Assembly: GCF_023055435.1 (NCBI RefSeq)
Contig: NW_025963813.1
Location: 38,502,001 to 38,566,000 of the forward strand
From: Haliotis rufescens
Lineage: Eukaryota
DNA: 64,000 nt
Reading direction: 5' to 3'
This document shows positions 38,081-51,700 of the stretch, one piece after another; positions within the stretch are counted from its first letter, which is position 1; each line of letters begins with the position of its first letter. The position numbers and the translations under genes were made by a program. The notes beneath the pieces are model-generated. The model was not told where the DNA came from, searched no databases, and saw nothing but the letters and a program-made list of their open reading frames with translations.

Positions 38081-41000
38081 CTCTAGCTGCAGCTGCCGGG
38101 TTGTCTCTTGACTTGATATTTGAATTATTGTCAGCTTTCTGCTTTCTGAAACCTTCAGCCGATTCACCAACTTCTCTTTCGTCTTCTTCGTGAGACGTAT
38201 AAAGCTTTTCAAGTAAAAATAGAACAACCTCTTGGCTTCCTCCCTTACACGCTGAGTGCAGTGTAGTATTTCCATTTGGAGCCACCATGCTGACATTTGC
38301 TCCTTTCCCCGTCACAACTCTCACGACATCCATCTTTCCACTTTCGCATGCTGCATGAAGAGGGAGTTGTCCATCCTTCGATATCATATTGACTGAGGCT
38401 CCTTTATCAAACAGCATCTCAACAACATCCAGATTCCCACTTTTACATGCAGCACACACTTCATCGCCACTAAGTTCTGCTCCTGCCACAAGTAAAGTCT
38501 TAACAATGTTTGCATGTCCATGTGTACATGCTTGATACAGAGGCTTAAAATGGATATCCCGACCAGCAATATTTGCTCCTCCCTCCAACAAAGCTTTTAC
38601 TATTCCCTCAATGCCGCAAGCACATGCCCAACCCAGAGACCTATCCTTCAATTCACAATTAACATCAGTTCTATCCAGCACCAGTTTTACAACTTCTTCC
38701 TTGCCATTGAGACAAGCCGCAAGTAGAGGAGACTTATGATAGTTATCCACATAACCTACTGCTCCTCTATCGAGTAACAGTTTCACTAGGCCCTTGTGAC
38801 CAGACAAACACGCTAGAAAAAGTGAAGATTGACCCATCTGATCTGGTACATCAATATCTACACCCTTGTCAATGACATACTCCACAGCTGACACAAGACC
38901 ATGTTCACACAGGTAATGCAGCACAGTTCTGTCATAGCTGTCAGATGCATTCAGATCAGGAAGAAGGCGAAGTATCTGGTGTACAAAGTTACAATCTCCA
39001 GTCTCAGTTGCTATCATCAGCGGGGTCTGCTCACGGTGTCTGTATGTAGCATTGATGTCCAGTTTTAAATGTTTTGTCAGATATGTCAGCACATCACCTG
39101 CAGCATGTTTGTACACACCAAATAAGATCTCATCTATCTCCGTCTGATGCAGTGTAATGTTTCCCTTCTCCAGTATGTATTTCACCATGGTTGAACATTT
39201 GTTGCTTGGCAGCAACTCCAAACAGGATTCTAGTGTTTCTTCATCAGTCTTCCTCAGAAATGTATTTACAGATATTTGATATTGTTCTTTCAGTATGTTC
39301 ATCAGTTTATCAATGAAGTCTGGATCACAACAGATTTGATGTGAGATTACATATGCCAGGTTGCCCCGCTGAATCGCCAAGGCAAATCTCTGCACCAAGT
39401 TGTCAATGCAGAAAGGTGGGATTTCTGCAACCAAACCTTGGGTTTCAACAGTCCCATGTCTAAGTCGCTGGTTGATGAATGAGAGACTAGAATTCTCAAT
39501 GACAAATACTGGATCTTTTTCAGTCAGAAGAAATGCAACACTGTCATAGATTGATGGATGGTCAAACATGTATGTACCATCTTCCAGCTTCAGATATGAC
39601 CCAACAAGCTCATTGGCAGATGATACACAGTCATGCATCTTGTATTTGTCTTTATACAATTCAGACTGAGACACTTTCCCATCTCCTTGGATCATTGCCT
39701 TCAGGAGTTGACACTTTGATTTATTGTTTATTAATTTCTGCAACGTTTGGTTTAGAAATTCAAGAGGACTCACGAAAAACTCCTTTGCTGATACCTTGTC
39801 ATTCTGTTTAAAGGCTGTGGCAAATAGCCTACAGACATGTGGAAACCCATGTGGACACGCGATGTGACTTAATTTAAAAATGACTTTTTTCTCAATGTCA
39901 ACACCTTCCATTTGAAAAATTGATTTCAAAATATTCAGTTTTTCTATATGATCTGTGGTTGGTGAGAGTTCGACTAGATGTTTACTGCTTGTAACATATT
40001 CCCTCGCTCTTCCAAGGTCTGGTAAAGAGGATTTTAGTACATAATCACGTCCCACAAGAATAAATAAAGATTGTTTCTTTCGATTTTGCTCTGGATTGAT
40101 GTCAGTTGAACCATTTAAAGTTAGCTCCAAGTCAGGATTTTGCAAATCAAGAATGGGACGAAGAGAGGGTCTCCACTTGGTCCACTCTGCAACGTCAAAT
40201 TCCAGATCACCAAATATATCATCCATCATAATCACTGGGTTGGTACAAGTCCTGGTTACCTCATTGAACTCTTCTGGAGACACAACTTGGTATACTTGTC
40301 TCCCTTGGCTGTGCAGATCTCTGAGGGCCATGTAGGCCACTGTAGACTTCCCCTCTCCTGGTCTTCCCTTTATTGTCACCCATGTTGCTCCTCTGTCAAT
40401 CTTCTCCATCACCTCCTTATGTGCCTGTGTCTTAACCATACCTTGGGTCCATGACTGTATCCTTGATTCTGTTCGTTCTGAAAAAATATAATACAATCGA
40501 TTGAACTGTACAAATCCGATCCACCTTTCACACATACTGACCTAGTGGTATTTTTACAAACAACCTCTCCTTATTGTGTAAATACATTTCACATTTGCTC
40601 CACTTGATAATAAATTATTAATACTAAGAACTGATCACTGTGATATATATCAGTAAATGAGCTGAGAAACTGTGTTAACAAATCTGAGAGTTATTATTTT
40701 TTGCTACTCAAAAGTAAATTTGTAAAACAACAAAAAAGAAAGAAACAAGAACATTTTCTTCAGACAAAACTTGTTAACAAATTAAGCATGCCATTAATGG
40801 TCATATTGTTTTACATTGACATCCGTTATCTACTTTTCCTATCATTTTCATGTTAACTTCTACGTTCGAGAAATTAATGGCTCAGTGAGTTAGTGAGTTG
40901 GGTTCAACGCCACTTTTAACAGTATTCCAGTTACATCACGGCGTGTCAGCTTAATGTGGTTAGGAAAGCTCGAAGTGATGCAGGTCTCAGACGTTTAGCA

Positions 41001-43601
41001 CATCGGTGAAACCCACGAGCACGGGTATGGTGCTGACAAACCTAGAAACATAATCGGGACGAACCGGGATTCGAACCCACAATCAAAGGTTTCTGGCGTG
41101 CCTAAGGGACGTAACTCTGCACAGAAAATCGCGGCGCCTCAGACGACTGTAATGGCTCAGAATTGTCGAAATAGTACGTGATGAAGAAATGGAACACGTT
41201 TCAAGAAAATTAAAAATAACATTTACTATATAGTGCACATATATTATAGTGCAGAAGATACACGTAGCGTAAGTCTCTTGTCCCTGTTTCTGCATATACC
41301 TCTTGCATCTCTGTATTGACCCTTTCATCATGCTCACGGTCTAATATTTGACGACTATTTTATCCAAAAAAATATAACTCTAAATTACTACAATGATGCT
41401 TGTACATGAAGAATCATCTATCTTGCTTTATCCACTGGAACTCACTCCTGATCTTCTGTACTGTAGTCAGCGGTTTCTCCTCCTCCTCCTCCTCCTGGGG
41501 ACAGGGCTGCGATTTACCGATGTTTTGAGTCCCTCCGATGGTCAGATTCCTGCCGCCCTTCACCGTCATTTCTCCAATGTGCTGTTGGACTTGGAGAACG
41601 TTATACTGAATTGCTGTAAAGTACATAATTATTTAGTAACCTGACACTTGTGAAACGGCAATTTCAAGGAACAAGGCCACAACCATTCAGATATCAGAAG
41701 TTCTAATTATATAACTTGAGTGTTTAAAACAATTTAATTGCCAACATGTTATATTACTCATATATGGAGGGAGAAACGAAACACAAATGAAGCCTTATTG
41801 TAATTAATTATTTATCAGGTTTATGATTATAATGTAAAACGTATTCATTGATGAAAACGAATTATGAACAAGCGTCTGAATGTGTTCATGTATGATGACA
41901 AGTTGACGGCTTGCCATATGTTGATCTGTCAAATTGTGGTATGTAAATAGCTCAACTTACTTTGTTTACAACATAGACAAAATTACGTACTTAGCATATC
42001 AGTTACTTGATTGTTGTACAAGCATGTTACAATTTACCTTCAATATTACGGTTGTTACGGGAAAATGTTTTTTCTATCATTTGAAAATACTGCCTCCGTG
42101 GTTGTTCGATCCCGGCGCCAACGTAAGAATATGTTACTTGTTGTTTCCCTGCCTGGTGCGTTATCATTAAGACATAAAACATCGATTTTGTGAGTATCTG
42201 AGTGGGTTATCCATGTTAAACTGCTGGGTGATATCTCAATGGGTTCGCAATATAAATCCGGCATCAGCCGGACTAGTACAAACAGCCTCAAACATGCATC
42301 AAAGTCCCTATATATATATGCAATTACTTTGAACGCAACATCATACCCCATTCATTTCATGATGATGTTAGGCCATGTAATATTCAGGAGTAGGATATGT
42401 GTGTTGGGGCGTGGGGGTACATATTTCTGTTAACTGAACGATATATACTTTTTTAAAAGTAAATCCTTAGGTCAAATAATTTTGCAGCATTTTCGGGAAA
42501 AGATTATATTTTTTCGAGAATATGAATTACCCTAAAATATACACAAGGGGCATTGAATGCTAGATGAATAAATGTTTTCCTCATTTTATGTTAACCTAAA
42601 TGTTCTTGATTACATACGCTCAGAGGTTTTGTTTGCGTCTTTAAGTGAAGATACTTTATCTTCATCAATGTCAGCATCTAGTGTGACTAAGTCAAGAAGG
42701 CAAATCTTCTTACTTGAAGCAGCACCAGATGATGGTGCTGTCTCAGGCACCCAGTTTGTGTCCATCTCCTGTGTATTTGATTGTGAAGGCATCAATGCCA
42801 TGCTGGAATCCTGGCAGGTAGATGAGCCTTGTGTGGCAATATGATGCGTCAGCGTTTTTAATGCTGTGGGAAAACAAGGCATACTTATTGTGAAGTATTC
42901 TTAAAAGAGAACCGCCTCCGTGGTCTAGTGGTAGAGCGCCCGCCCGGAGAGCGGAAGGTCCGGGGTTCGATGCCCGGCGGTATTCATGTTAAATTGCGGC
43001 AGTGAGCATCAGTCTAGACTAGTACAAGCAGCCACACAAACACACACACGTACATGCACGTCGCTGTATAAGTGCAATAATCTTGGACCCGACATTAAAC
43101 CCCATTTCACCTCACCTCGCCTGTTAGAAGTGAGCATTCGTTGAAAGCTTCGAAACTGTCATGAGGATCTGATTTGATGAACTGTCTTGGCGCCCACATG
43201 GTTAATAAGAACAATGTTTAGAGGGGTATTATTAAACGTGACACGTCAGTCAAGACAATAATACTTGACTTTGGACTGAATACCACAAAGCATTCTATGT
43301 AGCTACATGCCAAGTACATAAGAAGAAAACCGCTTTACAAAAGTGCCGGAATCTTCTGGAAAATATATCTACATCACGGTTCCCATTCCTTACCATCATG
43401 GATACTGTGAGAGTTCTGACGCTGGCCAGTCTCAAGCACGACTTTTGAAAAAGTTGCTGCCCCCAATGTAACATTTCCGCCTTCCTCATCATTTTCATCT
43501 GTTTCTCCTTCTTCTTCCTCCAGATTGTCCGCTATTTGAACGTCTTCTGTCACAACACCATCAACATCGTGTTGTTTTCCCTTGACTACTGTGTTATTCA
43601 T
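36423..43601 (-). CDS. NLR-like protein copy B: acidic N-terminus + RHIM-like motif + nSTAND3-type NTPase + ankyrin repeats. Predicted exons 43601-43394, 42863-42618, 41613-41446, 40477-36423; ~1558 aa
   Basis: Same motifs as copy A; all splice sites are canonical GT-AG, phase 1; exon lengths 208+246+168+4055 = 4677 nt, a whole number of codons. Confidence 0.82.
40886..41149 (-). mobile_element. SINE family 2, specific to copy B, in the NLR-like gene intron
   Basis: Perfect TSD taatggctcag at 40875-40885 and 41150-41160; single empty site at 9731-9741 in copy A. Confidence 0.9.
42911..43123 (+). mobile_element. tRNA-derived SINE, family 3 ((CACCT)n tail), specific to copy B
   Basis: A box tggtctagtgg, B box ggttcgatgcc; imperfect TSD ttaaaagaga/ttagaagtga; empty site at ~11426-11436. 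Confidence 0.8.
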
Positions 43602-43969
43602 CCTTACTCACTGCACTTTGTAATCGTTTTCCTTTGACCGGAATATTTCTATTTCTGGTGCTTGTTGTTTCCTTCAGTACCACCAGAGTGAATAAATACA
43701 TTCATATCAAGACCTATCTCATTATTGAACCGTGAATTCTCGGACACCTGCACGAATAATAAAAAAAACACAATTTAGTTTGTAAAGAGACCTCTGCAGA
43801 AACAGTCTGAAGAAGTGTGATGGGTCTTGGTTCCATTCCCCTTTGGTAAAAAAGAATTCAACTGCTGTACACATATCCAAACATATTTAACATTTAAGAC
43901 ATGAATATATACGGTTTTCAAAGTAGCAACATCAACCTTTTTAGTAAATGCAATCAGACCACCAGAGAT

Positions 43970-46900
43970 AGTCCAGGGTGTAGTGGGGGCTGTTTCCAAT
44001 GTGTCGGGGAGAGTGAAGAGGGTGCATTGGAGGTAATGTGTATTGGAGAGAACATCCAGTGTGAAGAGAGCGTCCAAGGTGTAGTGGGGGCTGTTTTCAG
44101 TGTGTATTGGAGAGAGCGTCCAATGTGTAGTTGGGGCTCTTTTCAGTGTTGGGGTGTATTGGAGGCAGTGTTCAGTGTGTATTGGAGAGAACTCCAGTGT
44201 GAAGAGAGCGTCCAAGGTATAGTGGGGGCTGTTTTCAGTGTGTATTGGAGAGAGCGTCCATGGTGTAGTGGAGGCAGTGTTCAGGGTGCATTGGAGAGAA
44301 CTCCAGTGTGAAGAGAGCGTCCAATGTATAGTGGGGGCTGTTTTCAGGGTGTAGGTGAGAGAATGACCAGGGTGTAGTGGAGCCAGTGTTCAGGGTGTAG
44401 GTGAGAGAGTGACCAGGGTGTAGTGGAGGCTGTGTTCAGGGTGTAGGTGAGAGAGTGACCAGGCTGTAGTTGAGGCAGTATTCAGGGTGTAGGTGAGAGA
44501 ATGACCAGGGTGTAGTGGAGGCAGTGTTCAGGGTATAGGTGAGGGAGTGACCAGGGTGTAGTGGAGGCAGTGTTCAGGGTGTAGGTGAGAGAGTGACCAG
44601 GGTGTAGTGGAGGCAGTGTTCAGGGTGTAGGTGAGAGAGTGACCAGGGTGTAGTGGAGGCAGTGTTCGGAATGTAGGTGAGAGAGTGACCAGGGTGTAGT
44701 GAAGGCAGTATTCAGGGTTTAGGTGAGAGAATGACCAGGGTGTAGTGGAGGCAGTGTTCAGGGTGTAGGTGAGAGAGTGACCAGGGTGTAGTGGAGGCAG
44801 TGTTCGGAATGTAGGTGAGAGAGTGACCAGGGTGTAGTGGAGGCAGTGTTCAGGGTGTAGGTGAGAGAATGACCAGGGTGTAGTGGAGGCAGTGTTCAGG
44901 GTGTAGGTGAGAGAGTGACCAGGGTGTAGTGGAGGCAGTTTTAAGGGTGTAGGTGAGAGAATGACCAGGGTGTAGTGGAGGCAGTGTTCGGAATGTAGGT
45001 GAGAGAGTGACCAGGGTGTAGTGGAGGCAGTGTTCAGGGTGTAGGTGAGAGAGTGACCAGGGTGTAGTGGAGGCAGTGTTCGGAATGTAGGTGAGAGAGT
45101 GACCAGGGTGTAGTGGAGGCAGTATTCAGGGTTTAGGTGAGAGAATGACCAGGGTGTAGTGGAGGCAGTGTTCAGGGTGTAGGTGAGAGAGTGACCAGGG
45201 TGTAATGGAGGCAGTGTTCGGAATGTAGGTGAGAGAGTGACCAGGGTGTAGTGGAGGCAGTGTTCAGGGTGTAGGTGAGAGAGTGACCAGGGTGTAGTGG
45301 AGGCAGTGTTCAGGGTGTAGGTGAGAGAGTGACCAGGGTGTAGTGGAGGCAGTGTTCGGAATGTAGGTGAGAGAGTGACCAGGGTGTAGTGGAGGCAGTG
45401 TTCAGGGTGTAGGTGAGAGAATGACCAGGGTGTAGTGGAGGCAGTGTTCGGAATGTAGGTGAGAGAGTGACCAGGGTGTAGTGGAGGCAGTGTTCAGGGT
45501 GTAGGTGAGAGAGTGACCAGGGTGTAGTGGAGGCAGTGTTCAGGGTGTAGGTGAGAGAGTGACCAGGGTGTAGTGGAGGCAGTGTTCAGGGTGTAGGTGA
45601 GAGAGTGACCAGGGTGTAGTGGAGGCAGTGTTCAGGGTGTAGGTGAGAGAGTGACCAGGGTGTAGTGGAGGCAGTGTTCGGAATGTAGGTGAGAGAGTGA
45701 CCAGGGTGTAGTGGAGGCTGTGTTCAGGGTGTAGGTGAGAGAATGACCAGGGTGTAGTGGAGGCAGTGTTCAGGGTGTAGATGAGAGAGTGACCAGGGTG
45801 TAGTGGAGGCAGTGTTCAGGGTGTAGGTGAGAGAGTGACCAGGGTGTAGTTGAGGCAGTGTTCAGGGTGTAGGTGAGAGAGTGACCAGGGTGTAGTGGAG
45901 GCAGTGTTCAGGATGTAGTGGAGGCAGTGTTCAGGGTGTAGTGGAGGCAGTGTTCAGGGTGTAGGTGGGAGAGTGACCAGGGTGTAGTGGAGGCAGTGTT
46001 CAGGGTGTAGTGGAGGCAGTGCCTTTACTCTGGGAACACAACCGTTATACATAAATACCCAGGTTTGAAAAGTGATTGTAATTACACATTTGAACCTGCG
46101 TATCTCATAAGCAATATAATCAACTTAAACCTAGTTTCGGTTTCGCCAGGGCTCCATTTTCGTGTAATAAACATCATTCAGCATGGTATAGCATATTATA
46201 CACAAGCACATCTATACATATACCGCGTTCTCAAATTAATTAGAATTGCTAGCTACTTTAGATTTACATACTGTCAATGAAGTCACTGATACATTGCCTC
46301 GGAACAGGCCAACTGTAGGGGTGTGTGCAAACCCATCTTATCTGTGACTATAAGGGAACAGGGCTCCTCGCAGGGAAGATATGTCTATGCTGTGTATGTG
46401 AGTTTTATAATGCGCTACAATGCAATGTGGATTTCGTGTTGATTCATATAACAACAGCTCGGTAACATATAACTACCGCTTGGAGTAATGATCTGAAAGG
46501 TTACTTGCCTTGACTGCGAAGACAGTCTGTAAGGATTAAATTTCTTCGAATAATTATCATATACACAGGTGGGGATGGGGGATTTGGGGTGGGGGGTGGA
46601 TGCGGGAGGGGGGGGGGGGGGGGGGGAGGGTAGTCCTCCGAGTCATTTTCGGAGGCAGTATTCAGGATGTTGGGGAGTGAAGGGTGTAGTGAAGGTTGTG
46701 TTCAGGGTGTAGACTGGTGCGTCCAGGGTGTAGTGGAGGCAGTGTTCAGGGTGCAGGGAAGAGAGAGTCCAGGGTATAGTGGAGGCAGTACTCAGTGTGC
46801 AGGGTAGAGAGAGTCCAGGGTGTAGTGGAGGCAGTTTTAAGTGTGCAGGGGAGAGAGAGTCTATGGAAAAGTGGCGGCAGTATGCAGGGTGTAAGGGAGA

Positions 46901-47360
46901 GATTAACCAGGGTATAGTCGAGGCAGTATTCAGGGTGTAGAGGAGAGTGCGTTCACGATGTTGTGACGGTTGTTTTCAGGGTGTTGGGGAAAACCTTACT
47001 CCGGTTTATCGGATGCAGTATTCAGAGTGTATAGGAGAAATCGTCCAGGGTGTATTGGCCGCTGTTTTCAGGGTGTAGATGAGAGAGTTCAGGATATAGT
47101 GGAGGCAGTATTCAGTGTGGGTGTAGGGGAGGGAGCGTCCAGGATGTAGTGACGGATGTGTCCAGGGTGTTGGGGAGAGTGCGTCCAGGATGTAGTGACG
47201 GATGTGTTCAGGGTGTTGGGGAGAGTGCGTCCAGGATGTAGTGACGGATGTGTTCAGGGTGTTGGGGAGAGTGCGTCCAGGATGTAGTGACGGATGTGTT
47301 CAGGGTGTTGGGGAGAGATTTACCAGGGTGTTGTGAAGGCAGTGTCGGGGTGTAAGAGGG
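43970..47360. repeat. G-rich 46-bp minisatellite (copy B; highly homogeneous at 44345-46020, interrupted at ~46021-46650)
   Basis: Period 46 (44581, 44627...); variant units with cggaat and gaat. Confidence 0.93.
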
Positions 47361-48776
47361 TAAGAGGTATGTTTATGACCCCCATGTCAACATATTGACA
47401 CTGAAATTTAAAATGAACGAGTTGAAAGTCTACAGCTTGAGTAATAGTGTTATGACATGCATGTATATCTGCATCTGCATGTATAGGGTGTATATGACCA
47501 TATCTATTTTTCTGGCATACATCTATAGGAGATATCTTTATCAAAATCTCAAGAATGCACGAGGGGTAATCACCACAATATGCATAGTCATGAAGGAAGT
47601 ATTCTCCGCCGTTATCTTGAGTCATGCCTTGTCCGTCCGTTCACATCGATTCTCGGCTCTCGTCGACGACCTGACCTAGATAAATGTCCTCCATGTTTTA
47701 ATTTGGGTATTAATCCTCCCGGGTTTGTAGTCCGGACATGACATAGCTATAGGTTGTTCCATATTATTGTAGACATAAATATCCCGATTTGAAAAGTGAT
47801 AATTTATACATATTTGAACCTGCACGTCTCATAAGCAATGTATTCAACTTGAACCTAGTTTCGGTATCGTCAGGGCTTCATTTTCGTGAAATAAACACTA
47901 TTCAGCATTATATAGCATACTATAGACAAGTACCTCTATACATTTGCCGTTCTCTAAAATTAATTAGAATTGCTAACTACTTTAGACTTACTTACAGTTA
48001 ACGAAGTCACTGATACATTGCCTCGGAACAGACCAACTGTAGGAGTGTGGACAAACCCAACTTATCTATGACTATAAGAGAACGGGGCTCCACGCAGGGA
48101 AGATATGTCTATGCTGTGCATGTGAGTTTTGTAATGCGTTACAATGCAATGTGGATTTCGTGTTGATTTATATTACCATAGCTCGATAACGCATAACTAC
48201 CGCTTGGTGTTATGCTCTGAAGAATTACTTGCCTTGACTTGGAAGACAATCTGTAAGGATCGTCGGGGCAACTTTCTTCATATAATTCTCCTATACACAC
48301 GTGGTCGACCAAAGCGGTGCAGTTGGGGTGGATGGTGGTTGGGTCGGGTGGGGTTGGGATGGGGGGAGGGAGTCCACACGCCATCATATTCGATCTTCTG
48401 TTGCTGCAAAATGATTATTTCCTCAAGATTAAACTCTATTGGCGAAGCTTTTGATATATATATCTATATTATCCGGACTTACTTCTATGTTATAATTTGT
48501 TGGTTGGTTTGTTGTTTAAAGTCGCAATCAGCATTATTCCAGCTATAAGACGACGGTCTGTGAACCTTGTAATGTGTTTTGTCTAATTACTTAGCTCCAA
48601 TGTTGAACCTGCACTATCAAAATGTTGGTATTAAGGAATGTTGAAGTTCCACTGTGCAAATGGAAACCAAGGCTGCAGATAAGATGATAGTCTCAAATAA
48701 AATGCTCAGGTAAGTATTCAGCAATGATTGTTATCTGTTTGAGACAGTAAAGAACTGGTTGTGGACGACTTTGTAC

Positions 48777-51700
48777 ATGGCTTTGCTAGGCCATCTGCTA
48801 TTTTTGAGCGTGGCTTTATTCCCTGATTCTCGGGGATTAAATGTCAATATCTACATCGACACCAACGTTGTCCTCAACAGAGTTCAGGACAACTTTGTTG
48901 GCGTCACCCTCGACTCCGGCATTATTCAAACTGGTTTGGAAAAGAGTGGTCTCAACTTGTCGTGAGTTTTCTTTTTTTCTCAAGTTAGCTGAATATGCGT
49001 CCTTAGTGGTCCACTTTCGCCTTGCAGAATTGTGTGTTCAATGTTTTTATTATCATTGATATGGCACAATGAAGGTCACAAAAACACCTGAGCTCATTCT
49101 ATCATGGGTAGGTGCTTACTCCCTGCATCAAACTGGAGTTTCTCGAAATATTAACCTGAGAAGCTGTTCTACTCGTATCAGCGATANNNNNNNNNNNNNN
49201 NNNNNNNNNNNNNNNNNNNNNNNNNNNNNNNNNNNNNNNNNNNNNNNNNNNNNNNNNNNNNNNNNNNNNNNNNNNNNNNNNNNNNNNNNNNNNNNNNNNN
49301 NNNNNNNNNNNNNNNNNNNNNNNNNNNNNNNNNNNNNNNNNNNNNNNNNNNNNNNNGCCAACTGTTTGTGCAATTCAAGGTATGTTAATGACATTTCAAC
49401 TAAAGTTCGAATGGCTTTCTCACATATCATTTTCACCTCTAATCGAGTCGTTTCTTAATCCATGCTATTTTCAATTAGATCACCCAAATTGCTTAATCTG
49501 GCTGGGGGCTTCCAACTGAACATCCTTAGAATCGGCGGAACTGCCGAAGATGACATTTCCTTTGACCCGAATAGCGTCACAGAAAACAACCAGGGGGATC
49601 TTTCAAGTATATATTTATTTATCTTTGAGATCAGGTTAAAATATTCGAAACTGGACAAAATATTTCAGTTGTTTGTTTATTTGTATGCACTCAACAGTAT
49701 TCCAGTTATATGACGTCAGTCTCTAAATAATCGAGTGTGGACCTGGCAGTCCAGTGAGTAACATCATGAACATCGACCTTTGCAACTGCGATACGATGAC
49801 ATGCAATCAACCAAGTCAGTTAGCCTGAAACCTGATCCATGTGTCACCTCTTACAAGTAGTGGTTGTTGGGGACTTATATTATTCTTACCTGGGCCCATC
49901 AACCCGCAACCAAACTGGAAGAACACCTCTAACACATCAAGGAAGATTATTTCCTGTTAAGTATTGAATTCCGAGCTCAATAACAATTTGTTCAAAGTTA
50001 TTGCTGGGTCCAGAAAATGTATTTTTATCCTGAATACAAGCAAGGAAGGCATTTCTTTATATTCATAGAAGGTATTGGAGATAAATGGATTTAATATCAT
50101 GATGATTCTCAAAATTGCAAATGGTTCGCTTATTTCTTTTCTTCATTAATGTTTTGGGTTTTTTTTTATTTTTGTTCACCGCGGATCCACATGACAACCT
50201 TAATAAAAAACTTTATTCTTTGTTTCAAACGTGATGGCCATTCACATAGTTACATCTCTCTACAAAGTTCACCGAGAAAACGATATGTGATATTATCGAG
50301 TCTGGACCAGACAATCTAGTGACTGACATCACGAGGAAAGTGGCATTTAACGATCTACGCTTTTTAAATCCGATGACATGCATCAACCAAGTCAGCGAGC
50401 CAATTGCTCTCTTATGAACATATGTTTTTCCAGCTTCTGTTTGGGATGAAATCAACGCTTTCACATCCCTTGTTGGATGGGATCTGATATTTGGCCTGAA
50501 TGTCCTTGAAAGACGAGATGGGCAGTGGGACCCTACCAACGCTGAGCTATTCCTAAATTACACATCCAAGAAAGGATATCAATTATATGGCCTAGAACTT
50601 GGCAACGGTAGGTGGGGCATAAGAGTGGGAAGGTTCACGAGTGAGGTTGGTTTAACGCCGTTTTAAACATTATTCCAGTTATATCACAGCGTGTTAGCTT
50701 AATATGGGAGGAAACCCCGAACTGATGCAGGTCTCAGACGTTTACCCGTTCAGTGAAACCCACGAGCACGGGTATGGTGCTGACAAACCCAGAAACATAA
50801 TCAGGGCGAACTTGGATTCGAACCCACAATCATAGGTTTCTGGCGTGCCCAAGGGACGCAGCTCTGCACAGCGAATCGTGGCGCCTCAGACGACTGGGCC
50901 ACCCATGCCCCCAGGTAAGGTTCAGGACGAAGAGAAGCACAAACGATACTGTAGATGTTACCGGAGAATGTCATGTAAACAGCATACATGTGTGGACCCT
51001 CTGCATGCCAAAAAAATGGTTAGGGGTTTGATTGTGATTAACGTGGTTTGATACCCGTTCATGGTGTCACCTTCCATGATATGACAGGAATAGTGCTGAC
51101 GGACGTATGAAACCATCCCCACTCACTAGTTCATTCAGGACTATGAAATAGGATCTCAAAATCCTGCTCTCTAAATATGTTTCATATTTCTTTTTATTCC
51201 TGGCAGTCTATTTAAAATTTAACAGTGATATTCATGTTTCGTGGCTTTTCTGCGAGTTTGATGTGGGTAATGTGTAAGTTTTTATTCAAATGAGTTTGAT
51301 ATTGGATCTGTGGTATCTTATATTGGTCACTTTCCTAGAGCCTCGGATGTTCCCCAAAAAGTTTAACCAGTCAGTGACGGCCCAGCAACTTGGAAAGGAT
51401 TTTGGAACACTAGACAAGGTGCTCAGAGATCGGCCACACTTCAACAACACTCGAATTCTAGGACCAGATGTTGCGGACATTTTATCAAACGATACCATCT
51501 CATATGTGGAAGAGTGAGTTTGTTTTCAAAGATTCAGTGTAAAATATCTTTATGTGGATGGACCTTAATTTAACATGGTGCATTTAAACAGCAAGCATAC
51601 ACTACTGCCCCATGCAACGATAACGTCTATTCGAAGGAGAGCGGGGGTGGCTGTTTCGGTCCACTGGTCGCAGCACGCCAAATTGACGGGAAGAAGATAT

